Origin: an uncultured Gammaproteobacteria bacterium
Lineage (GTDB): Bacteria; Patescibacteriota; Microgenomatia; UBA10105; UBA927
DNA: 64,000 nt
Assembly (NCBI GenBank): GCA_964629685.1
Contig: CAZVTT010000001.1
Location: forward strand, 17,877-81,876
Reading direction: 5' to 3'
Below, in pieces: positions 44,229 through 54,568 of the stretch. The first letter of the stretch is position 1. Every line of letters starts with the position of its first letter. The notes below the pieces were generated by a model. It was not told the origin of the DNA, made no database searches, and worked only from the letters and a program-made list of their open reading frames with translations. Position numbers and translations under genes: made by a program.

Positions 44229-44990
44229 TTAAAGATATAACGCCACCGTCATATTCCAGAACACGTGTACCAGTATTGGCGCTACCAATGACCCGGTATA
44301 AAAATACACGATACAATTTGCCATTGCGAGCACAAAATCAGTAGCAAAAAAGAGTACCAGCGTTAGCCCCTGGAATTTTAATGACGTTACCAAAATGGGA
44401 ACGTGCAGGAGCATAAAGAGTAAAGCTGATATCAACGAAGCTTTCGGAAGACTTTTTGTTTTTTCCAATATCCGGCTGAATAAAAATCCGCGGCTCAATA
44501 GCTCTTCCGAATATGCAGTAGCAATGGATATCACAATCAGGAAAAAACCATACTGCTTAAACGCTTCAATGGGATTTACGGATACCTTTCCGTATTTAAC
44601 ATAATTTGCCAGAATTCCTTCAAGCGCAAATACCATTCCGAATCCCAAACCCACATAGACGGCCTTAAAAAACTTCTTTTTCGTAATACCGATACTTTCC
44701 AGGCTACGTTTTTCATGACGCAGTACATACCAAAGCACCGGAGCTACAAAAACCAAAGGTTTAGCCACAAATTCATCGACCCATTCAGGAAGTTTTAAGA
44801 AGTACCGGTACAGACTCCAAATAAGCAGTATCCATCCCCACAGCTGATACGGTGTAAATTCAAATTTCGGTTTTGCCTTTGTATCAGTGACTGCTTTTGC
44901 TGCCATACAGTTGGATAAATACGTATGTCCGTAAAAGATACGTACAACTAGTGTTAAAAAATCACGTCTGTATCTACGATAACGCTCCAC
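44229..44990 (-). CDS. CPBP family (CAAX-type) intramembrane metalloprotease, second copy
   Basis: EELLSRGFLF, FMLLHVP, HVFWNM motifs. Real start possibly an internal Met (MAAKAV). Confidence 0.65.
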   Translation of the reverse strand: MERYRRYRRDFLTLVVRIFYGHTYLSNCMAAKAVTDTKAKPKFEFTPYQLWGWILLIWSLYRYFLKLPEWVDEFVAKPLVFVAPVLWYVLRHEKRSLESIGITKKKFFKAVYVGLGFGMVFALEGILANYVKYGKVSVNPIEAFKQYGFFLIVISIATAYSEELLSRGFLFSRILEKTKSLPKASLISALLFMLLHVPILVTSLKFQGLTLVLFFATDFVLAMANCIVYFYTGSLVAPILVHVFWNMTVALYL

Positions 44991-45007
44991 CGGGGTTATG
45001 GCAAGAG

Positions 45008-45505
45008 TTAAAGTGCATGTACTTGCGGATGTACATTCGTCTCACGAACTGCCTGTTCCATGGCATCGGAAATATTTTGAATCAGCAACATAGCCTGATC
45101 GCGGCTGAGCGCACGATAGTTATGCGGAAAATAGTGAAAAACCAGATTTCTGGATTCTTTCCAGGTATGCCATAACCGGGTTGCTAAATCTTTACTGTAG
45201 CGTGACTGCAGTTGCGCGTAAGCACTGCGTGGTCCAAGTCTGTTGGCAAGCGTTGGACTCAGTGCTTTTCCGATCCTGAAATGTTCACTTTTGTAATCTT
45301 CTTCGGTAATAATCCCCACGTCCCGTAAAAGCTGTTTCATAAATCCTTCATACATTTTTGCAAACGGAAAAACCAAATAGGAGTAATCCGTAGGTTCCGG
45401 ATTTACGTGGTGTGAACTATCATTTACCAAAAATTCACCATCACCCGCCAATATTCTCTGTTGGGGACTCATGTACTGCCATAAGACAGAAGATTTCGGA
45501 ATCAT
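45008..45505 (-). CDS. hypothetical protein (165 aa)
   Basis: ORF; 4-bp overlap with the upstream membrane-protein gene. Confidence 0.4.
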   Translation of the reverse strand: MIPKSSVLWQYMSPQQRILAGDGEFLVNDSSHHVNPEPTDYSYLVFPFAKMYEGFMKQLLRDVGIITEEDYKSEHFRIGKALSPTLANRLGPRSAYAQLQSRYSKDLATRLWHTWKESRNLVFHYFPHNYRALSRDQAMLLIQNISDAMEQAVRETNVHPQVHAL

Positions 45506-45978
45506 CGCAACCCACCTACCACAAACAGCAGACTCTGAATCAGAAAGAGCAATACAAACCCACCGGATATTATCCGTTGTACTTCAGGTTTTACTTGTAT
45601 GGCAATAAGTCTATACCAACTGTCCATATTTTTCCTAAGTTGCCACTCCCCCAACTGCCAAAGGATAATATTTAGCGATAAACTTAACACTAATCCCACG
45701 GCAATAAGACTGTCGGAAGAGGTAACCAAAAACGTACTTACTACTCCCAAACCGGCTGCAAAGAGTATGCTGCGGAATGGTGAAGGATCCAGCTTAAAAA
45801 ATACTTCCGCCGCATCCATAAAAAACAACCCGATTACTCCGCCGATCAGAAAATATACGGTTCCGAGTTGCGGAGACAATTGCCATTTCACTAATGCAAC
45901 CATAAGGAGATATACGAAGGGAAGAACGAGTAACACCGGAGGTCGCCGTTTAATAATTGTCAGCAATGTTTTATACAT
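45502..45978 (-). CDS. membrane protein, hypothetical
   Basis: 4 TM helices. The track ORF extends to 46101 but that part overlaps acyP, so the internal Met (MYKTLL) is used as start. Confidence 0.4.
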   Translation of the reverse strand: MYKTLLTIIKRRPPVLLVLPFVYLLMVALVKWQLSPQLGTVYFLIGGVIGLFFMDAAEVFFKLDPSPFRSILFAAGLGVVSTFLVTSSDSLIAVGLVLSLSLNIILWQLGEWQLRKNMDSWYRLIAIQVKPEVQRIISGGFVLLFLIQSLLFVVGGLR

Positions 45979-45997
45979 AACCTTGGGCCTGTTGATA

Positions 45998-46282
45998 CTA
46001 TACCACGCTAAACTCACTAAATTCACCACTCGGCCGTATCCATTCCGTTTGCACCTGTTCCACCCAGGAAACTTCGGGACCGTGCTGACAACGGGAGACA
46101 AACTGTAACAAATCCGCTTTTTTACCTTCCGCCACTATTTCTACGGTTCCGTCTTCACGATTCGTTACCCATCCGGTAAGTAATAGTGTTCGTGCCTGCT
46201 TTCTGGTCCAGGAACGGAATCCCACGCCCTGAACCGTACCGGTCACAATCATATGCACGCGCTGCATATTATTTTCGTTCAT
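45998..46282 (-). CDS. acyP: acylphosphatase
   Basis: VTGTVQGVGFR signature, about 90 aa. Confidence 0.8.
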   Translation of the reverse strand: MNENNMQRVHMIVTGTVQGVGFRSWTRKQARTLLLTGWVTNREDGTVEIVAEGKKADLLQFVSRCQHGPEVSWVEQVQTEWIRPSGEFSEFSVV

Positions 46283-46568
46283 AACCCGTTCCCTGCCCCT
46301 CTTCCGTTCCGTCTTTCCCGCTCCGCAGTTGTTTCATCTTCCACATAAACAAACGCGCCTTACTATTTGCCCGAGAGTCTATCGCGAATGATAGCGCTTT
46401 TTGTAATATCGCCCGCGGTACGGTTTTGGCAAGGCGAATATATAACGCTTTATGTTTATGATCCCCCAACTGCTCGGATAAATAAATACCGTACGACTGA
46501 AACTCCCGGGAAATATACTTGTCTTCAATCGGATTAAACTTTTTTAAAACTGAACCAATGGAGTCCAT
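46269..46568 (-). CDS. hypothetical protein (99 aa)
   Basis: ORF overlapping the acyP start by 14 bp; no motif. Confidence 0.35.
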   Translation of the reverse strand: MDSIGSVLKKFNPIEDKYISREFQSYGIYLSEQLGDHKHKALYIRLAKTVPRAILQKALSFAIDSRANSKARLFMWKMKQLRSGKDGTEEGQGTGYERK

Positions 46569-46605
46569 AACGAACGTGTTAACGACGGTTAAATTCGGTA
46601 GTCAT

Positions 46606-47196
46606 TTAATTATACCTATTCATCGCTCTGTCTATGCCTTCTGTTATTGCCATTTGCACCGCATCCGTAGCGTGGTGAATCAACTTCCGCATTTCCCCGG
46701 CTTCATGGTCGGTAAACTTTGACAGAACATATTTAATAACCGTCCGGTGTTGCATCACGCGATCGGGATGTTCGGGATCTGTTTCCTTTCCCCGCCCGAT
46801 GCCTAATCTAAACCGCAGAAATGCGTCCGTACCTACCTGCTCTATTATTGATTCCACACCGTTATGCCCACCAGCGCTTCCGCCAAATCGTATTCTGATT
46901 TTGCCTAACGGCAAATCCAGATCATCGTGAATTACCCATAAATCCGACGCATCCGATTTATAGTAACCAAGCAGTTTCTGTACTGCCATACCGGAATTGT
47001 TCATAAATGTTTTCGGCTTCACGAAAATATCTTCCCCTACCTTGGTTATTACGGCGTTTGCACGTTTATCTTCCTGCCAGAGTACACTGGTTGTACTCAA
47101 CTCTTTTATTACGTGATCAACCACCATAAAACCCATGTTGTGACGGGTATCTTCGTACTGATCACCGGGGTTACCAAGTCCGACAATGAGCTTCAT
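46606..47196 (-). CDS. pth: peptidyl-tRNA hydrolase
   Basis: MKLIVGLGNPG...RHNMGF N-terminal signature. Confidence 0.9.
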   Translation of the reverse strand: MKLIVGLGNPGDQYEDTRHNMGFMVVDHVIKELSTTSVLWQEDKRANAVITKVGEDIFVKPKTFMNNSGMAVQKLLGYYKSDASDLWVIHDDLDLPLGKIRIRFGGSAGGHNGVESIIEQVGTDAFLRFRLGIGRGKETDPEHPDRVMQHRTVIKYVLSKFTDHEAGEMRKLIHHATDAVQMAITEGIDRAMNRYN

Positions 47197-47232
47197 AACA
47201 GTATTGTAGCATCTTCAGTTTCACGCTCCACG

Positions 47233-47288
47233 AAAACGGGTGAATAACGTATCCCGAGTTTGGATAAATTATTCACCCGTTTTTTTTA
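47233..47288 (-). terminator. long hairpin (13-bp stem) flanked by T/A runs, downstream of the 47299..47637 gene; bidirectional terminator-like
   Basis: AACGGGTGAATAA...TTATTCACCCGTT followed by T8 on the + strand and preceded by AAAA. Confidence 0.45.
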
Positions 47289-47298
47289 TTGCGAATAC

Positions 47299-47637
47299 TT
47301 ACTTCAATTTTGCCAACTGTTTCTGTGCTAAATCTCCGACATACGGAAGTTTATACATCTCACCCTGAAATGCTTTCCACATTAATACTATCCAAAGTAT
47401 AAATGCGACAAAACTTAATAAGAGTCCTACTAACCACCCGAGAATCGGAATAAATCCCAAGGCAATATTGGCAATAAAGACACCTCCGAACAGAATAGTC
47501 GACTGCATTGCATGGAAACGGACAAATTTACTCTGTTTTTCCACCAACAGGATAATAATTCCGGTAACAAATCCCAGCAAGTACGACGCAGCTGCCATGA
47601 GGTTTTCTGAACCTTTTGCTTCGGCCATCGTCCTCAC
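47299..47637 (-). CDS. small membrane protein, DUF4870-like
   Basis: 3 TM helices; conserved HAMQS motif. Confidence 0.45.
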   Translation of the reverse strand: MRTMAEAKGSENLMAAASYLLGFVTGIIILLVEKQSKFVRFHAMQSTILFGGVFIANIALGFIPILGWLVGLLLSFVAFILWIVLMWKAFQGEMYKLPYVGDLAQKQLAKLK

Positions 47638-48026
47638 CTCCTTCTCACACTAAAACAATACCGACTTCTACAATACCGAGTGCAATTCGGCAAATAATTC
47701 CGGACTGTTTACACTCAATCGAGCATAAACCGGTCCTTACCTTTTCATACAACGTGTCTGCTAAGGTAGCTACCCTGCACCGTATGGTGCGGGGTCGATG
47801 TCTGCTGAATGTACGATATCACGGACAATAAAAATGAGTCAATGATGAATACCACAATTCCCTGGTATACCAGTTAAGCTCCCTTAAATTACCGCTATAT
47901 GCTGTCTATACCATCTTGACAAGCAACCCGTCATATCGTATACCTGACATAAATCCGTATGAATGATTACACTTGTATTACTGACAAAATACATGACAAT
48001 CTCATTGTATCAAGGATTTTACGCTC

Positions 48027-48051
48027 AATCCGCTTGGTTGCGGGTTTTTTT
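48027..48051 (+). terminator. intrinsic terminator-like hairpin plus T7 on the + strand at the end of a 400 bp ORF-free region
   Basis: AATCCGCTTGGTTGCGGGTTTTTTT. Confidence 0.4.
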
Positions 48052-48069
48052 ATATAAAAAAACAGATTA

Positions 48070-48098
48070 TTGACACAGGGTAGTATAAGTAATATTAT
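48070..48098 (+). promoter_or_regulatory. sigma70-like promoter for the 48110 operon; transcript predicted near-leaderless
   Basis: TTGACA, 17 nt spacer, TATTAT. -10 ends 11 nt before the ATG. Confidence 0.4.
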
Positions 48099-48109
48099 AG
48101 GTTTAATAT

Positions 48110-50503
48110 ATGACGGAACGTGACCTTCCCAATACCGACGGCAACGAACAGGGCGTAAAAAACCCTAGCCTACGAAATCTAGGTCGACGTTTCATCGACA
48201 CAATTCGGGAGACGCATCAGGATAGTCAAACTGGTGCTGATCAATTTGCTGCGGCATTAGGCAATGTAGCAGACAGAATGTTTGCCAAAGCGGAAGACTA
48301 TGAAGGGGTTGAGGCGATCTCTCCCAGTAAACGCTGGATGGTTACCGGAATAGTAGGAGCAATCAGGCAGGTTGGAGAATTTTTCGCAAACGCGAGTGAA
48401 GACGCACAGCAGGAAGAATCCACACCGAGTGCGCTCGATAACTTTTTAAATAGACCTATCCCCATGAGAGTTGCCCGTGTTTACGCGCCAATCGCTGCAG
48501 GATTTACGATGCTATTCGGACCACGCATTTTCGGCGGACTGCATACCGCTGAAGCGCAGGAAGCTCCCATTAATTTCGGTTTCTCGAATGTGGTACCTGA
48601 TATTACAATCACCGCTGATGAACGAACTGCTTTAGCAGTATTACGCGGAGAAGTTACACCTGGAGTGCGCATGCCTGTTCCACTCGGAGTGCAACCGGAA
48701 TATAGCTACACCTCTACCGGTGCAATCGTTAATTTAACCAATTTTGTTGATATTCCTAATAGTAGTACCGATTTTGCCCGTCTTATGACCGGTACCAGCA
48801 GGCGGGAATTTACCATTCCGGGATTTGCAGACAACGCAACCCTCCCCGTCCGCAATATGTTTCACTTGCTTGGTGAAATCGAATCACAAAATACCGAACA
48901 GTGGAGTTCAAGAACCGACGACGCTCCTATTCCCAATAGATTTGCTTCTTTAGTATTAAAAGCTAAAGACAACGATGCAGGAACAACCACTTCTGTTACT
49001 GCCGAAATTGTCGTCGGTGACCAACCAATTACATTAAATTTCCGTCGGGACGGCGAAAATAGAGTACTTAACTTTACACCGGGATCTCGATTAACACTTA
49101 ATCCGGAAGATGGTACCTTCCGCTATATTAAAGCTTCTCTGGCGAACGGATTTAACGTCGATACTGTAGATGTTAATACTACTATGCGGGAAGCGTTGGC
49201 GAACTTTACTCTGGTCGGGAGTAATCAGCCGGCAACGGTAGATGCACCGATAAATACCCCGGCACTTATCGAACAATTTAACAATACCTTGCAGTCAATC
49301 GTCATTTCCAGTCCTGAAGGGATTGGATCATTAAGCTTTCGACGGCTACCGACTACTGTCGAATCCGGGACACGGTTCCGGAGTTCACCGGATCGTTCAG
49401 GCGGAGATGCAAATGTTGTAGGTACATACGTACCTGCTCAGGGAGATGTATTATCGCCCCAGCAACCGGTAACAGCAGCAGACTTTATGGGTTCAGATGC
49501 ATATTGGCAACTCCGTCGCGCCTATCCGGGTCTCGGCGTTGATCAGAACGGATTAATGCAAGTAACGATTGATGCGTATGATGAAAACAATCCCGACAGA
49601 TACTGGCATTTATTTACGAACGAAGTTGAAGACACACTCAATTTAGTCTGGTTCAGAAGTGACAAGGTAAATGTTAACCCCAGCAGTGCTGTGGTTCAGG
49701 AAATCCCCACGCCGGTTGCCGTGGCCATGGCACCGGAACTTTCCGCTTCAGGTGCACTGGGTATGGCTTATTCCGAAGAAAGATTATATGGTGGTGGACA
49801 AGTTTATACAATTGCATTTAACGGCAATAACATATATGAACCTCCGCTTGAAGATCCGGCAGTTACCGATATATTAGAAATTCCACAAACAAACGCGCAA
49901 TGGCTTTCTACTCCCCGGGACATAATGTATACAGAATCCGGACAAGAACGATTCGCCCCCCTTGGTTTAATCGGATACTATGAAATTAACAACAATATTT
50001 TTGCAATATTACCTATAAAGGTAACCAGCGTTCTTCGGAGACCTTATGCAGGAAGAGGTGGTGCTGGAGATAGGGTGTTGACCTTCGAAATCCCGACCGC
50101 TGGTGGCACAATTTCAGTAGCCCAATCACTCAGTGACCGCATTAGAAACGATCCGGGTCAATCACCGACGAGGAAACCCGATGCAATCTTTACGCCGAAC
50201 GCTCAAATTATTGAACGATTATTAAACTCAACAATCGACACACCACTTCCTATCGGTGATGTACTTCCATTTGTTACAAGTAACCCCAATAATCCCGAAG
50301 GTTTCGAACCGGAAGAAGAAATTACATACCTGCAACAAAGTGCAGAAAGTGATCGTATGATCTACGTCTCAATGATGGTTTCTGCTCAGGGAAGCCGATT
50401 GCCAAATGATATTCTTAGAATTGTAGAAAACCAACCACCCAGAGTTTCCGGGGTACAGGTTGATACATCGTTGGAAATGACCGGCTATCTCCGCTTCCGT
50501 TAA
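48110..50503 (+). CDS. large hypothetical protein (797 aa), one internal hydrophobic helix, no recognised domain
   Basis: 2.4 kb ORF, first of three co-directional genes. Confidence 0.55.
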   Translation: MTERDLPNTDGNEQGVKNPSLRNLGRRFIDTIRETHQDSQTGADQFAAALGNVADRMFAKAEDYEGVEAISPSKRWMVTGIVGAIRQVGEFFANASEDAQQEESTPSALDNFLNRPIPMRVARVYAPIAAGFTMLFGPRIFGGLHTAEAQEAPINFGFSNVVPDITITADERTALAVLRGEVTPGVRMPVPLGVQPEYSYTSTGAIVNLTNFVDIPNSSTDFARLMTGTSRREFTIPGFADNATLPVRNMFHLLGEIESQNTEQWSSRTDDAPIPNRFASLVLKAKDNDAGTTTSVTAEIVVGDQPITLNFRRDGENRVLNFTPGSRLTLNPEDGTFRYIKASLANGFNVDTVDVNTTMREALANFTLVGSNQPATVDAPINTPALIEQFNNTLQSIVISSPEGIGSLSFRRLPTTVESGTRFRSSPDRSGGDANVVGTYVPAQGDVLSPQQPVTAADFMGSDAYWQLRRAYPGLGVDQNGLMQVTIDAYDENNPDRYWHLFTNEVEDTLNLVWFRSDKVNVNPSSAVVQEIPTPVAVAMAPELSASGALGMAYSEERLYGGGQVYTIAFNGNNIYEPPLEDPAVTDILEIPQTNAQWLSTPRDIMYTESGQERFAPLGLIGYYEINNNIFAILPIKVTSVLRRPYAGRGGAGDRVLTFEIPTAGGTISVAQSLSDRIRNDPGQSPTRKPDAIFTPNAQIIERLLNSTIDTPLPIGDVLPFVTSNPNNPEGFEPEEEITYLQQSAESDRMIYVSMMVSAQGSRLPNDILRIVENQPPRVSGVQVDTSLEMTGYLRFR

Positions 50504-50590
50504 GAATTTTAAACCCATTCCAATCCATTCTTTGATTGACAATTCCATTCAGTTTAGTACGATGAATATAGGTGTAGTGTTACCGTATTT

Positions 50591-51205
50591 ATGCAGTTTA
50601 CCTTTCGCAATAGATCAGCGTATTTGTTAGTGGTTCTTCTCGGCATAGTTGTATTAATTGTCGCTATCCTGCTTGTTTATACCCAATCACAACTCGCGCT
50701 AACCCAAAAGGTTACCACACCCCCGGCTTCCGATTTAGCACCAGCCGATACGAATTCACCACTACAAACAGTGAAATTCGCAAACGGACGGGCATCATCA
50801 AGCTTGGCTGTAGAATTTTTGGAAAAACCACGTCTCTTAGGAAAAACATATATCGCCAAAGCCACAATACCCATTGGGGAACAGTCGACAAAATTTGACG
50901 TAATTATCGGCGGTTCTGATGGACAATCAGCCAGTGGAACCTGTGATTACATCAAAAAACAAAGTATGTTTAGCGGAAACAGTTCATATTTCCATGAACC
51001 AACCAGCCAATTAGCCGATAAAATTAAGCCCGGCGTTAAAGCACTACTGCAAATTAATCATGCTAACGCTACCGAAGAAGAATGGAAACGAAATCCCGGA
51101 TTAATAGCAATGGAACGTATTTTTACAGCAGCAAAAGATAATAAGTCACTTACTGGTATTACGAGCATAGTCCCGGATGAATTCTGTATCGCGAATCCTT
51201 TATGA
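50591..51205 (+). CDS. membrane-anchored hypothetical protein (204 aa)
   Basis: N-terminal TM; stop overlaps the next start. Confidence 0.5.
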   Translation: MQFTFRNRSAYLLVVLLGIVVLIVAILLVYTQSQLALTQKVTTPPASDLAPADTNSPLQTVKFANGRASSSLAVEFLEKPRLLGKTYIAKATIPIGEQSTKFDVIIGGSDGQSASGTCDYIKKQSMFSGNSSYFHEPTSQLADKIKPGVKALLQINHANATEEEWKRNPGLIAMERIFTAAKDNKSLTGITSIVPDEFCIANPL

Positions 51206-53499
51206 AACGTATCCTTTTCTATATTTTGGGATTTACTGCACTAAGTGTAGGATATTTCATTTATCCCAGCCCGGTTCAAGCTGAAGTATGTTGGACACAG
51301 CGGGTAATCAACCAACATCGGTGCACCTCAAATAACCCGCTGCAGAATGGTTGTATCAGATGGAGGGCTCAAGCAATTTATAATGGTGGATGTTCGGCTG
51401 AAAGTACATCTGGGTCAGGTGCTGCTAAATCCAGTTGTGAAGCCGCTTGCAGCGGTCCATATGCCGGAGATGCATGCTATGGAGCATATTGTGTCGACTA
51501 CGGACCAACTACCACTCCCTATTACACATGTGAAGTTGAAAATTTTGTCGCCTCCTGCAATCCTGAACCAGCCTGTAATGCTATCGGAAATATCGTAAAT
51601 TGCAATGTCAATTATAATGGCTCAGCGTGTACTAATAATTCCCAAACATTAACGTACGGATGTTGGGGTCCGGGAAATCCAACTGGCATACCGGGTAACT
51701 GTGGCAATGGCGTTTGTGGATCTGGTGAAACTTGTACAAACTGTCCTTCCGACTGTGGTGCATGCTGCGGAAATGGTAATTGCGGAGGAACCGAAAGTTG
51801 CTCTACGTGTGCTGCAGACTGTGGAAGCTGTCCACCGACGTGTGGAAACGGAAGCTGTGAAGGAACGGAAAGTTGCAGCACGTGCTCTCAGGACTGCGGA
51901 AGTTGCTGGCAGACACCGACACCCACCAATCCCCCGGCAAATACTCCGACTCCATGGTGTGGCAACGGGTCTTGCAGTAGTGGTGAAAATTGCACGAATT
52001 GTGCGGTTGACTGTGGCAATTGTCCTGTAGATACGCCGACACCTACGCCCACCCCTGCAGTTGGCCAGTGCTCTGCTCCCGCACCGAGAGATCCTCCTAC
52101 TTCACAATGTGCAGCCTGTCCCAGTTGTAACGGGAATATTACCTGGTCATGGGATACTGTTGCCGGAGCGCTGGAATACGAACTGGCAATACTCGATAGT
52201 TCTAACGCATTGGTAGTTGATTTCGGCTGGCAAAGTGCAGCAACATATGATTGCGATTCTGATAGTATTTGCAGCTACACCACACCGCTCCCTCCGGGAA
52301 CATATAAGTCCAGACTCAGGGCGAGAGGTTCATGCACCATTTCATCCTTTTCATATTCTAACGAATACACACTAAACATCTGCTCAGGAACGATCAGCGC
52401 AATCGGGAAAGAGATAGACTCCAGCGCAACAAGCTGTGATGACGTAAATCTCAGTAATGATTATGTATCTCCAATCACGTTTGATTTGTCTCCGAGCGTA
52501 CTACCCGGTTCCCAAATTCAGACGGGATCAGATTATGTTACATGGACCGATGTTAATCCGGGAACGTATACACTTTCCGTTTCCCCTCCTTCCGGATACG
52601 TGGTCAAATTCATGTGCTGGCAGCGATCTTTCACATCGCCGCTTACCGGCGACGGTCCGTCCGCAAGCCTGGTAAATGGAGAATCCCTCACTTGGTATGG
52701 CATCGGACTCTCACTGGGGACTCCGTGGGTCCAAACAGAAGGCGGCGATGTCTTAGTTGCCACGAATATTCAGGCACACTTGGCAGATACGGTTGTTCCG
52801 CGCGAATTTAATACCGCCGGAACTGCCGGCGGGTATCCGGGTGTAGTAAGTTACGGCACCTCATACGATTTTAATCCCCTCTCAACCGATACCGGTAGCA
52901 ACTTGGTTTCAGCCAACGGGTGGCTGGTCCGTGAATCAAGTCTGCCGATGTATTCCAAGGACTGGTATAACACTTTCGCACAGAAGTATGACTTAAGCGG
53001 GAACTCGCAAAGCTATACGGGACCGGCAGAACCGGCAAGCAGTGCTGTGCCGTATTATGTAAACGGTAACACCAGCGTCGGGAACTGGACAGTAGGAAAC
53101 GGTGAGAATATAGTGCTCTTCGTAAACGGCGATCTCTCGATTACCGGCACTATTACCACGTCCGGGACCGGATTTGTGGCCTTCATTGTCAGCGGAGATA
53201 TAAGTGTCGCCTCAACCGTAGGGGTAGCATACACCTCAAGTGTTCCCTCACTTGAAGGACTCTATGTTACCAACGGCACATTCTCAACCGGCACCAGTCA
53301 GCTGGGTGTACAACGCCTGGTTACACACGGAACATTTATAGCAAACGCATTTCAGTTACAACGTGATCTGGCGACTGCAGGCGGGGGTCAAAACCATACG
53401 ACGGCATCCGAACTCTTTACGTACGACCCGCAACTTATGTTCAATATGCCGGATGAATTCCGTGATATCCGGCTTAAATGGGAAGAAACCGCTCCGTAG
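51202..53499 (+). CDS. secreted Cys-rich repeat protein (765 aa), hypothetical surface protein
   Basis: Signal peptide. Five tandem about 24-aa modules CGNGxCxxGExCxxCxxDCGxC (DNA about 51700..52023) separated by TPTP linkers. Beta-rich C-terminal 450 aa. Confidence 0.55.
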   Translation: MKRILFYILGFTALSVGYFIYPSPVQAEVCWTQRVINQHRCTSNNPLQNGCIRWRAQAIYNGGCSAESTSGSGAAKSSCEAACSGPYAGDACYGAYCVDYGPTTTPYYTCEVENFVASCNPEPACNAIGNIVNCNVNYNGSACTNNSQTLTYGCWGPGNPTGIPGNCGNGVCGSGETCTNCPSDCGACCGNGNCGGTESCSTCAADCGSCPPTCGNGSCEGTESCSTCSQDCGSCWQTPTPTNPPANTPTPWCGNGSCSSGENCTNCAVDCGNCPVDTPTPTPTPAVGQCSAPAPRDPPTSQCAACPSCNGNITWSWDTVAGALEYELAILDSSNALVVDFGWQSAATYDCDSDSICSYTTPLPPGTYKSRLRARGSCTISSFSYSNEYTLNICSGTISAIGKEIDSSATSCDDVNLSNDYVSPITFDLSPSVLPGSQIQTGSDYVTWTDVNPGTYTLSVSPPSGYVVKFMCWQRSFTSPLTGDGPSASLVNGESLTWYGIGLSLGTPWVQTEGGDVLVATNIQAHLADTVVPREFNTAGTAGGYPGVVSYGTSYDFNPLSTDTGSNLVSANGWLVRESSLPMYSKDWYNTFAQKYDLSGNSQSYTGPAEPASSAVPYYVNGNTSVGNWTVGNGENIVLFVNGDLSITGTITTSGTGFVAFIVSGDISVASTVGVAYTSSVPSLEGLYVTNGTFSTGTSQLGVQRLVTHGTFIANAFQLQRDLATAGGGQNHTTASELFTYDPQLMFNMPDEFRDIRLKWEETAP

Positions 53500-53636
53500 G
53501 ATCCCCTGCTAAACTGTTAAATGGGTACACAGCTAAACTAAATTGCCGGTAGATGATTGTTGATTGCTGGTTGATAATGGCTACGCTGTTGAACTGTTTA
53601 TTAACAGCTAACAATTAACCAGTAGCAATGTAAGAA

Positions 53637-54503
53637 TTATCCGCCAATCCCAAGGGTATGACCGAGTATTTTTGCGACCTCGAGGAGACCATATACCGCT
53701 AAACCTATGAACGCAATGGTTCCGAAATATGATACGTATTCATTCTTAACGACCTTAATGGTATGCGCAGGGGAAATAAACAACGCGATGTTTAATAGTG
53801 TGTGTGCCAGTATTACTCCTACCGAAAACCCAAATAGGTTCACGATATTAAACAATGGCACGTAGCCGGCAAAATCATCCAGACCAAGTATAAACGGAAT
53901 GGAAAAAGACAAAACCGCTAGCCCTTTCCAGGACAATCCCTCTACGCCTTTAAGCTTTGATCCCACATCCGGCAATACCCTGCGCACAATTGGCCCCACT
54001 ATTTTTAACACCACATCTAAAAACAAATGGGTTATTTTATACAAAAATCGCTTTACTCCCCCGCTCCCTTCCCAATGAGCAATATGCTCCATACCGCCAT
54101 GAGCAAGCTCAAACAGAACCAATGATGCTAAAAACACCATTAACGCCAACAGTAAATCGATATTCCTGAAAAATGTCCAAAGGATGATGACGATAATAGT
54201 GCCGAGAGCATTCCCTAAAGCCGTACCTATTTCCAATGCCACCCGATTACGCCAACCGGGATATACCGCCATTAGCCTACCCATAAATATGGCAAAATCT
54301 ATCGCTGTCTTTAAGTAAATGGTCACACCAATAATCACATCTATCGGCCTGATTGCAAGCAGAATTGGTTGACCGAGGGGTAAAAGATTTAGACCGGAGA
54401 TAAGCGCGGCCAATATGCCAATCAGCGCACTCATTATTACCACCGTTAACCCTAATGGGATTGCTTGCGACAATGCCGGCGACCTATCAATTGCGGAAAT
54501 CAT
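53637..54503 (-). CDS. polytopic membrane protein, hypothetical
   Basis: 288 aa, 7-8 hydrophobic helices. Confidence 0.45.
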   Translation of the reverse strand: MISAIDRSPALSQAIPLGLTVVIMSALIGILAALISGLNLLPLGQPILLAIRPIDVIIGVTIYLKTAIDFAIFMGRLMAVYPGWRNRVALEIGTALGNALGTIIVIILWTFFRNIDLLLALMVFLASLVLFELAHGGMEHIAHWEGSGGVKRFLYKITHLFLDVVLKIVGPIVRRVLPDVGSKLKGVEGLSWKGLAVLSFSIPFILGLDDFAGYVPLFNIVNLFGFSVGVILAHTLLNIALFISPAHTIKVVKNEYVSYFGTIAFIGLAVYGLLEVAKILGHTLGIGG

Positions 54504-54568
54504 ATCTTTTGGTTATACGATATTTAAACCGGAGTATCAACCTACCGGGCTAAATATTTACCGATAGT

